This document shows, one piece after another, positions 1 to 13,707 of a stretch of DNA of 64,000 nucleotides. Every line of letters begins with the position of its first letter. The first letter of the stretch is position 1. Both the position numbers and the translations under genes were made by a program. A model generated the notes under the pieces. The model was not told the origin of the DNA, did not search any database, and was given only the letters and a program-made list of their open reading frames with translations. Origin of the DNA: Octopus vulgaris (Eukaryota); the NCBI GenBank assembly GCA_951406725.2, contig OX597815.1:200508001-200572000 (forward strand). The letters run 5' to 3'.

Positions 1-205
1 TGTTAGAAGAGTACTGGAGGGATATTTTTCGCCACGGACAAGTAAATTTTGGAAGTGAGGCCTTGTAAGTCTACCAGATGGATGGGAGAACATTGTAGAA
101 AATGAAACCGTGTATATTTTAGATTAAAGAAGGGTTTTGTTTATTCTAATTTTGAAAAGTTAAAGTATAAAAAAAAAAAATGCAATAAATAAGGGATGGC
201 CCACT
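1..205 (+). mobile_element. 3' end of a decayed mariner transposon (transposase C-terminus plus probable right TIR)
   Basis: Translates with lesions as VLEGYF..F.K.GLVSLPDGWENIVENETVYILD*, matching the mariner C-terminal F...GI.KLP.RW.K.VEN.G.Y motif. A TIR-like tgcaataaataagggatggcccact follows. Confidence 0.7.
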
Positions 206-907
206 CCTATCTGCATTTACAGCAAGTTGATGCAAGTAGTATATCCCATCCCCCTCCAACTTTTATTTCATGCAATTGAAAAAAAACAAGACGTTATTTA
301 TGGCGTGACCCAACACTTCAAGCTGTGAGCTGAAAAAATTCTGGTTTTAGTCAGGTGATATTTATTGTTCTCTTGTTTAATCATTGCGGTACGCAAAAAT
401 TGCGGCAAACCGTCATTTTTTCCTCCTGCAACCGAAGTCATTTGGGTTCTAAATTTTCCTCTCTAGCATATTCTCAGTTTTGAAGCTTAGTTTTATTAAC
501 TACAGTAAAATCCGGTATTATGTAGCAGTTATATCCTCTGTCATTTTTGCCATTTGTATACTCTTCATCGAAGATCTTCTTTGATTCTTTATGTTCCATG
601 TTCTCCCAGTTTTTTTCTTGGTCTACACCTGCATCTTATATTACATTATTATTTACAAAGTTTATTGCACCTTGAAGATGTTGATTTTGAAGTTTTGTTT
701 TCCCGTTTCAACGGTTCCGTTTCTGACATCACTTACTGCGTCGTGCTGATTATCACAACATGATGAAGCTGTTTGATGGTTCCTAGTACTGCGCTTCTGT
801 CTCATTTTCTTTATAACGTGAGTGCAGGCGGAGTTAGAAATGACTTTGTTGTTAAGTTGTCTTTGATTAGTGAAGCTTTCATGATCGTGCGGTTGGTTTA
901 GATATTT

Positions 908-1319
908 TACTTTACTTTACTTTACTTATTTGTTTCAGTCATTTGACTGCGGCCATGCTGGAGCACCGCCTTTAATCGAGTAACTCGACCCCGGGACTTA
1001 TTCTTTGTAAGCCTAGTACTTATTCGATCGGTCTCTTTTGCCGAACTGCTAAGTGAAAGGGACATAAACACACCAGCATCGGTTGTCAAGCAATGATAGG
1101 GGGACAATCACAGACACACAGACATCTACACACATACATATATATATGCATATATACGACGGGCTTCTTTCAGATTCCGTCAACCAAATCCACTCACAAG
1201 GCTTTGGTCGGCCCGAGGCTATAGTAGAATACACTTGCCCAAGGTGCCACGCAGTGGGACTGAACCCGGAAACATGTGGTTGGTATACAAGCTACTTACC
1301 ACACAGCCACTCCTGCGCC
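908..1319 (-). mobile_element. tRNA-derived SINE family A, full length
   Basis: Minus strand reads GGCGCAGGAGTGGCTGTGTGGTAAG (A box)...GGTTCAGTCCC (B box), then CORE-like CCTTGGGCAAGT, an internal TA/TG tract, and tail GGCGGTGCTCCAGCATGGCCGCAGTCAAATGACTGAAAC+(AGTAA)n. Near-identical copies at 13708, 27543, 44810. Confidence 0.9.
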
Positions 1320-1899
1320 TGTAGTGTAGCAATTACATAATCTTGCTTGTCTTTTCGTTTTTCTATTTTCTTGGTTGCTTCTCTTTCGTCTCCTCCTTGC
1401 AAGATGTGGTTTCCGCCTTAGGAAAATCCCATGAGGATGACAGTGGAGGTGATTTTCCTGTGTGTCCAGGCTTACGTTTATGTTTAGAAAAACGAAATAA
1501 GGAGCGTAAGAGGGGGATTGAACTTAGACTACACAGTTGCCTGTCTGGTAGACTTTTCTTGTTCTTCTGGTGTTAGTATCGTTGTTGCTGCTGCTGGCTT
1601 CCATATCGATGATGGTGTCGTTGCTGCTGCACAACAGTTGATTGCATTTCTTCTTCTGCTATTGCTGCACCTGTTGATTTTGATGTTGTTCTTGTCTATT
1701 GTTGTTAGAAATGTAATGTTGGCTGTAGTGGGAGAAATCTCTTACGTGGTCCTTATTTTCCCGTGGCCCCTCGGTTCTCTACTCTCCACAATCACGCTTA
1801 GTTTCGTTCTGTAGAGAGTTAAGGTCTAGGATCGTTTCTAGATGTTCTGGTTCTACATAATCCAATTTCCACATCGTTCTCTTCACATCCAGTACTGCT

Positions 1900-2185
1900 T
1901 TCTTTCCAACACTGTACAAGTCAGTTTCCATCAGAGATATATCTAATGTATTCCCCACTATTGTTAATTTACTAAACTTCTTCCCAAATATATGGTGAAG
2001 AGAGCGTAGTCATTCCTCCTGTAGGGGACTGCTAAATGTTGCATTGCGAATGTAGGTCTCGGTTTTAAATAGATGCTCAACATCACCGAACTGTTTCACT
2101 CATGCTAAATGTTCCATGTTCTGCCATACATCGGGAAAAGACCTTGTTACTTGAGCATTGGTTGCGGTTTCTAGATGACCACTTT
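1900..2185 (+). pseudogene. Very decayed PLE-type reverse transcriptase fragment
   Basis: HWLRFLDDHF (YxDD-like) at ~2156-2185 and a VSF..-like motif upstream; many stops. Confidence 0.35.
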
Positions 2186-2267
2186 TATATATAGTAGTCT
2201 CTTCAGAAGTTGCACTTAAGGATTCAAAGGAGGGGGTAAGCTTTGCCTTTCTCCTCACACTTTGCCA

Positions 2268-3042
2268 GTCTACGCAATAGGATGACGGTACATAGATCGG
2301 AGATTAAAATACGGAAATACAGAAATATATGATTAAGCGAGCACATCCATATTTTGCGCCACTAACGAACAACCCAACTTTAGAAATTTCCCACTCTAAA
2401 TTCAAGGACAATACAACCTATTATCGGCGTATTAGCAAAGAAGCATATTTTATTGCAACATATGAACCTCTTTTGAATCCTTTCACCACGGATGAAATAA
2501 CTACAAGAATTTAGAACAATTCCAACCATTACTGCTACGACTACCACAGGACACTTTTAGGCCATTTAACCATTAAAGAAGATTCCACAAACAATCTACT
2601 GTGTATTTTCCATCTCCCGCTTCCTCTTCTTTCCCTACGTCTTCTATTCCATCTTAATCTACTTATTCCTCTCCTCATCCTCATCCTCCTTCTTCCTTTT
2701 CTGTTTCTCCTCTTGTTCTCCTCCTCCCTCGACTACTCCAGCTTAAAACATCAATTCTCTGTACTCACGAGACTATTTCTTCAGATTTGCTACCAACTAC
2801 AAACCTAGCATTCACAAAGAAGAGAGAGCCTATTTGAAGACTATGGGAAATATTTTCAAAATATTTCACTTAATTTTTTCTCCCGTTTAATTGTTTTTTC
2901 TTATTTTATTCTAAAAGGCGGAAACCGGAACTGAAATGTACTTCCTGATACCCTTTACGGATTCTCTTTTGGACATTTACTTTCCGGCTGCACCTCTCCT
3001 ACCTACGGATCACTGTGGACTCTACTCTTGATGAATAATCCT

Positions 3043-3045
<3 letters not shown>
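2268..3045 (+). mobile_element. PLE 3' remnant: GIY-YIG C-terminal half, pyrimidine-rich UTR, degenerate HHR-like end
   Basis: SLRNRMTVHRSEIKI..YR...LSEHI then RRISKEAYFIATYEPLLN, homologous to ORF 61208-61534. GAAACCGG at ~2921. Ends at (TA)n. Confidence 0.75.
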
Positions 3046-3080
<35 letters not shown>

Positions 3081-4164
3081 TATATATATATATATATATA
3101 TGCACACATATAAATATAAACATACATGCGTGCATACATACATACAATTACCACAGGGCCTTGTTTGACACGTTGTTCCAGCGTCCTTTTTATTTTCAAA
3201 TTCGGTCACGGTTTATGGAAATCTACATATTTTTCATGATCTGGCAATGATTAGAGCCTTTAGTTCATTCGCCAGTAACTCCACACTCTTCATCCTTGTT
3301 ACAAGAATTGACAAAAAGAGGGCAACTGAATTCTTAAATCCTATAGTTTGTCATAGAACACTCCTGGATCATCGAGAATCAGTTAGAATTCTCTGAAAGT
3401 TTCCTGATTATGTTTTGGTAAAAATTAATATTTAAAGTTACATAAGGGATTATCTGTGAAAATTATGGTGTGGCTGGATACCGCGGATGATTCAATTAGT
3501 CTCAACATATTTCACCGAAACTACTAAATTAGTGCATGTGAGGCAGTGATGTTAATTATCCTAGACTACTTTCCACGATATTATATTGTCTATGTATATA
3601 TATATATATATTTAATATTTTGCTTACATTCACTCTAGGAACATTAGCCCTGCAGAGCTGAGGATTTTTGTGAGATTCAGTCATACACACCATCATTTCT
3701 TGAAATAAACATCTGATCTCCTGTTCCTGTTTTTTTCTTTCTATTATTTTTTACCGTACACACAGAACATGTAAGCATGGTCGCTTGGACTGAATAAGAA
3801 TGGGAATTCTTTAAGTTAATTCATGAAAAGGTGATTCGGTGTGTCATATTTTATTGGTGATACGAGTCATATAAGATTCATGATGTGCTATTGACTGTGT
3901 AAATTAGTGTTGGATCATGGCCTCCCATATATGTTAACACTCCATAAAAGGAAGCAGCACTAATATATATTTCATGTTTCACCTTTTTCTGGTAACTCAT
4001 ATATATTTCACTTATTTTTCCCTTGATTTACTGGAAATACTTATATATATATATGCATTTTACAAAGTAAAATTATATAGAATTGGAAGGGATTTCGTTT
4101 ACATTGGCTGTGTTGTATTACCAAATAATATTGAAATGATTTTAATTATTTTTATATGCACATA

Positions 4165-4618
4165 TCAGAAATATTAAATTTCTAAATATCTCATAGAGAT
4201 ATGTACGGTGGTGGGGCGATAGAGTGGTTGTATACTGTCAACTTAACGTGACAGTCCTGTAAGGGAATTACACCACCACTGTTTAGCCCTAGGAAGCATC
4301 GACGCTTCCTGTCGGCCTTGACACATTTCCTGTGTCCTTATATATTTACGAAGGGGAGACAAACACCCCCACCAGCTAGGCCTGCATCTAGAAACACGCA
4401 TGTTTCAGTGACTTTGCCCATCATCGGTCTAAGACCCTGAAATATGCGTGTCTCTAGATGCAGGCTTAGCTCTTGGGGGTATTTGTCTCCCCTTCGTAAA
4501 TATATAAGGACACAGGAAATATGTCAAGGCCGACAGGAAGCGTCGATGCTTCCTAGGGCTAAACAGCGGTGGTGTAATTCCCTTACTGTCACGTTAAGTT
4601 GACAGTATACAACCACTA
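4165..4618. mobile_element. Fold-back (inverted) copy of the HHR-bearing retrozyme-like family R1
   Basis: Arms ~4222-4408 and ~4436-4617 are near-perfect reverse complements and match 28511-28896. Minus-strand HHR TAGA-CCGATGA-..-GAAAC-ATGCGT-GTT-TCTAGA at ~4387-4432. Confidence 0.85.
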
Positions 4619-4913
4619 TATGCACATAGTTCGTGTAGAACATGTCAAATACGTATTTGATTTTACTTGGGCAGAACCTCATCTAAAATTATTGCAAGAT
4701 AATCCTGGTAAATTCTTTCCAAAGCTAGTAGCATATGAACGAATTTGCTATGAGTCTACAGGTTTGAAACAGTAATTTTGATCTCTTGAGCTTTCTCAAG
4801 TAACCTTATCCTTCAGATGTAAATACCAGCACAAAAAAAACTGTGGGGGAAATGAAAACATCACGAATAAATTAGAGAGGTCCTTAATGTTTTTGATTTT
4901 CTTTTATGAAAGA

Positions 4914-5199
4914 TTAGCAGTATCGCCCGGCGTTGCTCGGGTTTGTAAGGGAAATAACTATATAAGCACTTTTAGAGAGTTATAGCCAAAAAATACATTA
5001 AAAATGGAAAACAAATGATGGTAATTTTTTTTTTAAATCGTTGACTCATCGTAGACGCGCGCTAATACTCAGAAAGGCTCGATATGAATCACGACTATAA
5101 GATACCCGGTTTTGGTTAAACTGCACCGCAAAATTTGGGAGTAGTTAGGAATCTAAATCGTAGGAGACAGACACACAACTTCTCTTTTATATATAAAGG
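4914..5199 (-). mobile_element. Non-autonomous Helitron-like element
   Basis: Minus strand ends with hairpin CCCGAGCAACGCCGGG plus a CTAG-like terminus and shares ~115 bp with 16925-17040. Confidence 0.7.
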
Positions 5200-6102
5200 T
5201 ATCTCGTACATAGCCCTATAGAAATAGTTTTTTGAATATCTTGATCTGTCTGCAATGAGGATCAAACACAGGATTGAAATGTGCATCTTTAAAACCCATG
5301 AATTATATATGTTAAGATTGCTGAGTATGTGACTTAAAGAGAGATAAAAAATGTATAGAAAAGTCACAGAAAGAGAAGTATTTGTAAAAAGATAAAATCT
5401 TAGTACTGTAGTAGAGCGTAGTGTTTATTTTTCAGACATTTCTGCGCTACATGAACAAGTGCTCTCTGTAAGAAAAAAAAATATAGGCAGAGGAACGGCG
5501 GGGTAATATAGTCGAACTTACAATTAAGTTATTTTTTTTCTGACGAAAGTAAATATCCAACTAAGCTGTATAGAATGTTTTGAAAGTTAAATCAACCAAT
5601 GAATTTTCTTAAAAAATGTAGTTCCAACTGAACAATAGGTACGTATTCGTTTGAAAAGAATATTACAATAAAAATAGATTTACTTAACTTCACTTTTAGA
5701 TATCATTACTATATTCGATACCATTTTACGTGGTTATGCAGAGTTCACTTTTTGTACCTTTAAAGTTGGCATCTACAGTATATTTCTGCTTTTGTCGCTT
5801 ATTATAGGGATCAAACTTTAAAACTTTAAACGATCAACATACATCTTATTGATTCACAAGTGTATAGAAATGTAGTCATTGTTTTATACTTTTCAATTAT
5901 TGTATTGTACGCATGGTGACCAAGAAGTACTTAGTGAAACAAAATACACATGATGTTTATTTTCTTAGATTGTTACTATAGTATCTGAGAGTTTTGACGT
6001 AATGCTAAGTTACAGGATCATAAACAAACTAACAGCAATTGTCAAATGGTGATGAGGAAAGACACGATACACACAGAGAAGAACACACAGACACACTATT
6101 AC

Positions 6103-6167
<65 letters not shown>

Positions 6168-6276
6168 CACACAGAGGGAGAAAGAGATGATAGATAGATA
6201 GGTAGATAGATAAAAACACACGCTGACTCTGATGCACTGATACCCATCTACATCCACACACACACACTGACACACA

Positions 6277-6331
<55 letters not shown>

Positions 6332-6999
6332 CGTGAGAGAAAAACAGAGAGAGAGAGAACAAATTTGCAGGACCAATAATCAGAAGACATTTGAAGACAG
6401 AAATAAATAAGAAAATAACAAACGACTTACTTTTATGTAACAAATAAGAAACATAAAATAAGACATAAATTATAAGTAGGAAAGACAGACGTAGTTTTCG
6501 CAAAACAAGTGAAAGAAACGAACTGTAATATAATGAAGCCTGTGGATATATACAATACAACGCCATCAAAATATAACCACGTTTGCGTATGAGGAAGCTG
6601 TAACAAACGAAATATTTAAAGTTAGATTATTTTTAACATAACAATACATTCAGATATAAACAGTTGTAGAATTATAATCGATACATCATGTTAGAGACTT
6701 AACAAATACCTTCTGAAAGATAAAATGTTATGATAAAACAGCAATAATATTATTTAAATGCACATTGGCGTAGATAAACATACTTGGAATAGATGAGAGC
6801 TTGAACACTAGAAAAAGAAATATATTGAAATTATTTGGGCACTACTTCAGCACTTTCACTATTGAAAATATGCATAGTGAGAAAGATAAATATATATATG
6901 AAATTATATTTCACTTCGTTGTAAGATCGACAGAGACTAACAGGTAGATATACAAACAAAAATTGGACAGAGGTTAGTGAAACAGAATGTAACAAACAT

Positions 7000-7760
7000 T
7001 GGAAAAATCGAAATTAAAGAGAATGTAAGATGAAGGGTTAAGCTTAAATCATACACAACAATCATTTTCTTATGAACAGCAATGATTTTCCTGGAAACGT
7101 AAACCTTTTAATCATCAGCTGGATAAAATTTCTCTATAGTAAATAATGCAGCGATAGAGGGAAAGAAACAACAATATTTTATGGAAGCATCGGTGAAACA
7201 GTGAGATACATAGAAAGTTACATCATCAACTGCAAACTTAGAGCACTCTTGTGAAGAAATAACAACTAGAATGTAATCAATATATTGAAATATGGACAAC
7301 TAGTTCGCCCCTGGAAGCGATAAATCTACAACCATTCGGTTGAAGTACCTCAACTTATTTGTAAAATCCTTCCAAAAGCAAACAAATAAAACCCCGTGGT
7401 CTACTTAAGCAATTGCATAGAGTATTTGAAAAACTGACTGAATGACAAATCGTACTGGATGCTGTGACTAAAGCCTACAAAATATAAAACTTGATGGTTA
7501 TATATTACAAGGGACCATAGCTGCCTGTAATTTACAAAAAAGCATCTCACCGTCATAGTCAAAGAGAAGAGCTTCTTTGCAAAGAAAATCAAGCGTATTC
7601 CAATACGTATGTTTCCTATCATGTCACTGTAAGCATAATTACTGGGGCATATATACAGTATTGGAGATCTCTTGAATGAAGAGATCTTAGATCTTGTCGT
7701 ACATAGTTTATAGGATTCTTTTAGCAATGTACAAAAAGAAAAGAAAAAGAAAACTACGGG
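7000..7760 (-). pseudogene. Decayed LINE reverse transcriptase (Rex-Babar/L2-like)
   Basis: Residual motifs in order on the minus strand: SLTMTVRCF, YFVGFS (FVDFS-like), LPG/PQG-like, KFAVDD (KYADD-like). Confidence 0.45.
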
Positions 7761-8899
7761 TAATAGTGATTTTGCGAAAACGCTATGATCGGTTGAATGT
7801 CGATGAAACTACCAGGAATCAATGAATTGTTCTAGTTACGCGAAGCCAAATTTAGCAGATTGTAGTGTATGGCACATCAGTATAATCATAAATTCAACTA
7901 AATACATAATAACGTTTGTAATGACTGTGTCCTAGGACGAACGTACGGTGGAGGCGCAGGACAGAAACATTGCCAAATACTACGAGCAGGTAGCTAAACT
8001 TGGCGGCTAGGTTGCAAGTTAGTGGAGCTAGTTTACCTGAGTTTTGTGTGGCGTTAACGATCTCCGCATTGTTGCACAATTGACTTCAAACTCTGACTGT
8101 GTTTGAAGTCAATCAGGAGATCGTTATTTTCAATCAGCGAAGTGGTAGAGAAGCTGACTAAATGGCTTTGGATAAAGGAATCAGAACAGTAGCTTAGCGC
8201 CTCTGGGAATCTAGCAATAAATTGATCTACCCTGGCTGATTCAAATGGATGAATTGGATTGATACTGAAAAATCAGAAAATCCCTAAAACACAGAAAACC
8301 TCACGAATAATCCACACCAGAGCTTCTATGAGGTATGTCATGTAAGGATGTAGAAGTGTGTCTCTCCAGATGTAACAATTACAAATAGCACTTTAGTGAT
8401 AATTTTCAAGTTCAGTAGCGTTTACAATTCTATAGCATGGTCAGTGTATTTCTTAGGTGTTCAGCACGCTTTTGCACATCATTTATAACCAATTGATATT
8501 TCTATTTTAATTTTATTTCTAAGTAGCTTATTACAATATTTAACATGAGAACACGGTAGCAAGTATATCATCAGTTATCTCTTTGTATATTCTAAAGCTC
8601 CAAACAAATATCTAATACGTAAACAGGTTTATACGGATACCATAATCTTTTCTCTAATCAATTGAAAACCGGGTGGTGAGGAATATGAAGAGTTCTTGAG
8701 CGTAGAAGGTTAATTGTAAGGAATTAGCATTGGCAATTCTAATATATTACCGCGTACACCAGCGGGAAATACGCTGTGCAACTGATAATTATGGACTATA
8801 TTCTAAGTATTGTAGATATTCCTCTGAATATAGTTAAAGTGATAACTGGGTTTTGCGGATAGACTTTACACATTTTATTCCTTTATCAGTTCTGCGTTT

Positions 8900-8900
8900 C

Positions 8901-8937
<37 letters not shown>

Positions 8938-8938
8938 G

Positions 8939-9001
<63 letters not shown>

Positions 9002-9063
9002 TGATGATGATGATGATGATGATGATGTTGTTGATGATGATGATGATGATGATGATGATAATG

Positions 9064-9117
<54 letters not shown>

Positions 9118-9490
9118 TTAAGGTGACACTCTAGCAAAATTCTAACATCAGAAGAGAAAGTGCTAGATGGCAATTCACCTCTCTTTAAGTTTTGAGTTCA
9201 AATCTCGCTGAGGTCGACTATATCTTTCGTTCGTCCTGGGACGGTGAGATAAGTACCTTTTGAGTACTGGGGTCAGTGTAATTGGCTTGTCCCTCACTTA
9301 GAATTTCAGGCCTTGCGCTTTAGTATAAAGAATGATGAGGATGATGATGATGATGATGATGATGATCATCATCATCATCATCAACATCATCATTATCATC
9401 AACATCATCATCGTTTGTCATCGTCGTTGTCGTCAGCATGGTCATCATTATCATTATCGTCATCATGATCACCATCAGTCACAGCATCAT
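8900..9490. repeat. (GTT)n/(TAA)n/(GAT)n/(CAT)n microsatellites around an old family-B SINE (9125-9330)
   Basis: Direct reading. Degenerate gagttcaaatctcgctgaggtcgac..aagtacc..tactggggtc; another old copy at ~9500-9700. Confidence 0.8.
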
Positions 9491-10099
9491 TATCGTTTGG
9501 GAATAGATAGCAAAAGCGTTGACGCATCAGACAAAACTCCCTGCTCTATTTTGTTTGGCTCTCTACAAACCACATCGATGTCAGTTTGCCTTTCATCACT
9601 TGAAGTTCGATGAAATAAAGTACCAAACAAGAACTGGAGTCAGTGCAATCGACTTCTCCTTGCCGCTCAAAAGTGGAACACTTGTGCCGATAGAAGAAGC
9701 AATTATCAACGTTAATGTTGAACGTACACCGCGCTGACAGCTGTATGCTGTTTTGAAAACAAGTTGTTAAATCGGAAGAATTCTTAAAACCTCGAATAGG
9801 ATTAATAAATCTATTGTGTTAAAAGAGGGACTACCAATTTTTTCCTGAAATGCACAATTCTGTATATGATTTTTTGGTCCCGATCATAGAGTTAGTTTTA
9901 TCGGCATAGAGATACAGCGACAGGGTAGGTGGATGAATGATTGTTACTAGTACCAACTACATTAGAAAGCATTAATATGAGAATAACGTCATCAATAACA
10001 ACAGTGGTACTAACAATTGTAGCAATAGTAATGACATTTTTGTATTTAACAAACACACCATCTCAAGCAACGACAGCACTCGCAGCAAAGACAACAGGA

Positions 10100-10290
10100 G
10101 TGGAGGCGCAATGGTCTAGTGGTTATGGCAGCGGATTCGCGGTCGTAAGAACGCAGTTTCGATTCCCAGAACGGGCATTGTGAGTGTTTTTACAGAAAAA
10201 AACCTAAGCTCCACGAGGCTCCGGCGGGTTGATGGTGGTGGTGAACTCCGCTGTACTCTTGCACCACAACTTTCTCTCACTATTTCTTCC
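10100..10290 (+). mobile_element. tRNA-derived SINE family C, degenerate
   Basis: GTGGAGGCGCAATGGTCTAGTGGTTA...TTCGATTCCC, homologous to 45230-45526. Confidence 0.7.
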
Positions 10291-10369
10291 TACTTCTGCC
10301 ACAAAGCAGAGGAACCATGGTGTAACCCACTATGATGTGGTAAAACTACCCTCCCACCTACCTACCTAC

Positions 10370-10572
10370 ATACCTACCATTCACAAAGGAAGAGACAGAC
10401 AGACAAACTATGGAAATATTTACAAAATATTTGGCCTAAATTTTTTTCACCAATTTAATTGTTTTTCGTATTTTACTCTTAGTTGTAAAAGTCTAAAAGT
10501 CGGAAACCGCTGCTAAAATGTTTTTCATGATAAAATCATTTTAGCATTTTCTACCTTGTCTTATTTTGCTTA
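10370..10572 (+). mobile_element. Solo PLE 3' end fragment
   Basis: Homologous to 62100-62320 (ggaaacc..ctaaaat..ttttagcattttcta.cttg); ends at (TA)n. Confidence 0.65.
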
Positions 10573-10586
10573 TGTATATATATATA

Positions 10587-11490
10587 ATTTAAAGGACACA
10601 ATATATGTTTTCGAGTGATACTAATAGTTTAATATGTCGAGAAATAACTCAAATATATTCAACAAGCACTAACCACATATCCTAACGAACTAAAAAAAAA
10701 TTGAACAAGGGAAGAAAAGGCTGAGTTGGCGTCATATAGAAAACGCAAATGGTTAAAAATACGGAAAACGAAAAACGTAACGCTGAATAATAATGCAACA
10801 GATATGACATAAATTGGATTAAGTGCAGGAGAATTCAAAAATCGCTATGCATATCACATACCTTCTTTCCGACATAATGACGAAAGGAAATCTATTAAGT
10901 CGGCGATTCACATATGGAATTGCCAACTTAATAGAACACCGCATGTGATTCAGTGGAAACTAGTTCAGAAATCCACACCTTATATTAATGGATCAAATAA
11001 TTGTAGGCTATGTTTAGTCGTTGAAAGAGCTCAGACCCCTTATTTAGATCAAGATCACTAGCTTTTTACTGAACTCTAGCTTTTATATTTTCAACGGTTG
11101 CAAACGTATGTAAAAAAATATTTTGAAAAATGCATAAATTCCACGTATACCTGATTAACTTATTAACATCTTTCCAGCCTTATAACCTAAGGTCTAACGA
11201 GGATAATTCTTTTCTCTTTTTTACTTTATCCATTCCCATCTTACACTTGCAGATATTCGATATAGGTGCTTTCTCGGCATTTTCGGGTTTCTTTTATTAT
11301 TCAACGTTCTTTAGTCCGTTATGGTATGTGGTTTGTACCTGATGACCGTGTTTGAGATATTTCTCAACATATGAAACTATTAGTAGGACTTAGAGACATG
11401 TTTTGTGTCCTTTAAATAAATGATATGGATATCTCAACAGAAAGCGTACATTTGTTCGTGAATCTTTCTATCACGAAGCAGTACATCATA
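10587..11490 (+). mobile_element. PLE remnant of a second lineage: GIY-YIG pseudogene, canonical HHR, inverted 5' pLTR fragment
   Basis: GVI*K...*IGLSAGEFKNRYAYH..SFRH...IHIWN...IQWKLVQKSTPYINGSNNCRLCL (10728-11025). 10587-10653 is the reverse complement of 11351-11417. TA tracts on both sides. Confidence 0.8.
11335..11389 (+). ncRNA. Type-I hammerhead ribozyme motif, canonical core
   Basis: GTAC-CTGATGA-[cGTG tTTGAGA tatt TCTCAA CAT]-GAAAC-TATTA-GTA-GGAC. Confidence 0.7.
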
Positions 11491-11509
11491 TACATATATA
11501 CATACATAT

Positions 11510-11583
<74 letters not shown>

Positions 11584-11685
11584 CAATAATAAATCTCTAA
11601 GCGAGGTATAAACAGTAACTGCTCTGTAATATAAGCGGGATCAGCCATCTGAATGTGGCTAGGGACAGGGCGGGGTGGTGGGTGT

Positions 11686-11729
<44 letters not shown>

Positions 11730-11733
<4 letters not shown>

Positions 11734-12250
11734 GAAAGAATGGAGTTGAACGACGAATTAACAAAATTCCTTTATTCTCGACATATGTTTCGAAGGCTGC
11801 ATATTCCTAATTTCGAAGGAATAAGGGGTGCATTATGCCGCCTTCTCATCATGAAAAACAAGGAACGTATGTCAGCATCAAGATGCACAAAACTTATCGC
11901 TATGGTCTCCGTGTCGGCAGTCATCTAAAAGTTTTTGTGTATCTTGATACTGACATAAGTTCCTTGTTTTTCCTGATGAGAAGGCGCCATAATGCACCCC
12001 TTATTCCTTCGAAATTAGGAATATGCAGCCTTCGAAACATATGACGAGAATAAAGGAATTTTGTTAATTCGTCATTCAACTCCATTCTTTCATTTATTTG
12101 TATTTACAAAAACACACAAATTTCCACACGAAAGCACGTGATCTCTGCCCTAGACATGTAGCTTCAACCGTGTTTTTCTGACGTGAATTTGCTACCCAGG
12201 TATCGGTTAACCGAATTATCCATAATAAGATAATTCATTCAACTACTCAA
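11730..12250 (+). mobile_element. HHR-bearing TA-flanked element family R2 with inverted 5' arm
   Basis: 11730-11895 is the reverse complement of 11930-12096. The plus arm has TTTTC-CTGATGA-GAAGGC...GCCTTC-GAAAC-ATAT-GAC-GAGAA (11968-12050). Other copies at 39226 and 60836. Confidence 0.85.
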
Positions 12251-12276
12251 ATATATATATATATATATATATATAT

Positions 12277-12497
12277 AGGGAAAGTTTACGAAAAAAAAAG
12301 ACGGAGACAGGTGGTGCACAAAACAAACAGCTGAATTAGTATAGCGCTCAGGAATAGAAAAAGTCTTTTACGTTTCGAGCCTACGCTCTTCTACAGAAAG
12401 GTACACGGAAAAAACAATGAGAGAGAAAAGGAGAAAAAAAGGAGAGTAAAAATGAGAGAAAAAGGAGAGAAAAAATGTGTGTAGTGGCTAACTATCT

Positions 12498-12500
<3 letters not shown>
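12277..12500 (-). mobile_element. TA-flanked short element family R3 with minimal HHR-like motif (12365-12400)
   Basis: Minus: CTTT-CTGTAGA-A-GAGC-gtag-GCTC-GAAAC-GTA-AAAG. Copies at ~21820-21970, 39657-39850, 62380-62560. Confidence 0.75.
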
Positions 12501-12539
<39 letters not shown>

Positions 12540-12580
12540 GTATACATGTGTATATGTGTGTGCGTTTGTTTGTGTATGTG

Positions 12581-12611
<31 letters not shown>

Positions 12612-13707
12612 CGTGTGTGTGCATGTGTGTGCGTATGTGTGTGTGTGTGCTTGTGTGGTGTGCGAATGCTTATGTTTAGGTATAGGCTTTGTCAATAACG
12701 TATGAAATATGTAAATACGTGTTTTCTAGGAATTTATATCTTTTCTTCTCCCTTTTCAGTCTGTGACAGAAATATTCTGTTATCTTTACAAAGCGATTGT
12801 CAATTTTATGGCGTGCAAATTTAAACGTTCCTTGCGATGCAATATTCTGCACGTTTTTCACCTTTATTCTGAGATTCTAAGCTTGTAAATCAAATCAGTA
12901 TTTCGATGTTTACCTTTAGAGTTGTACATATGTATTCTTTGACACGCTTCGTTTTAGGCTACGTTTTTTCCCCAGCTAATTTGATTTGTGCATCATTTGG
13001 TTACTTAAGCGAATAGCAATGATAGCTTCAGCTATACTCACGGTAAAATATGACTAACAAAGTCAACAAGAAAAAAGAAACTCTGACTATAAATTTGAGG
13101 TAAAAACTGAATAATTTACTGATAGGGTCATGTTATTTTACATTTTTAAAGTTATTTTATCAAAGTTAATGGACGTTTCCGGTGCAGACAAGAAGCCGTT
13201 TCTATTATATACAACAGAATACCATCTTCTTCCATTAGCTTTATGGTGGTATGCATGCTTTTAATATATATTCGTGAACATCACTATCTGTCTTGGGTAT
13301 AATCTATGTTTATCTTTTCCTGTTGAAAACTACCTTAAGTATAAATTTTGGTAATATGCATGAATGTCATATAACGCTTATTGTTTAGGCTCCTTGCGTT
13401 GTCTAGTATTTTAATGGCTTAGGAATTTGCTTCTTTTTGTTGCTCACCTGTACGTCTTCAATGGTTGTTTATTTACGCATTATTAATATTCACAGTCTAT
13501 GTGTCTTTCTTTCCTAATCTGTATATCTATTCATGTTTCGGAATATTAACACCTGCTGGGATTGATACGTCAGGAAAATACACTATTGTTATAAGTTAAT
13601 TTTAAAGCAATTTTGCTACTACTGCTAAGTTTGTTAATTAATAATAATAATCAGACAAATACATAACAAAAACACCAAGACTAACAAATATATATAACAT
13701 ATATATA

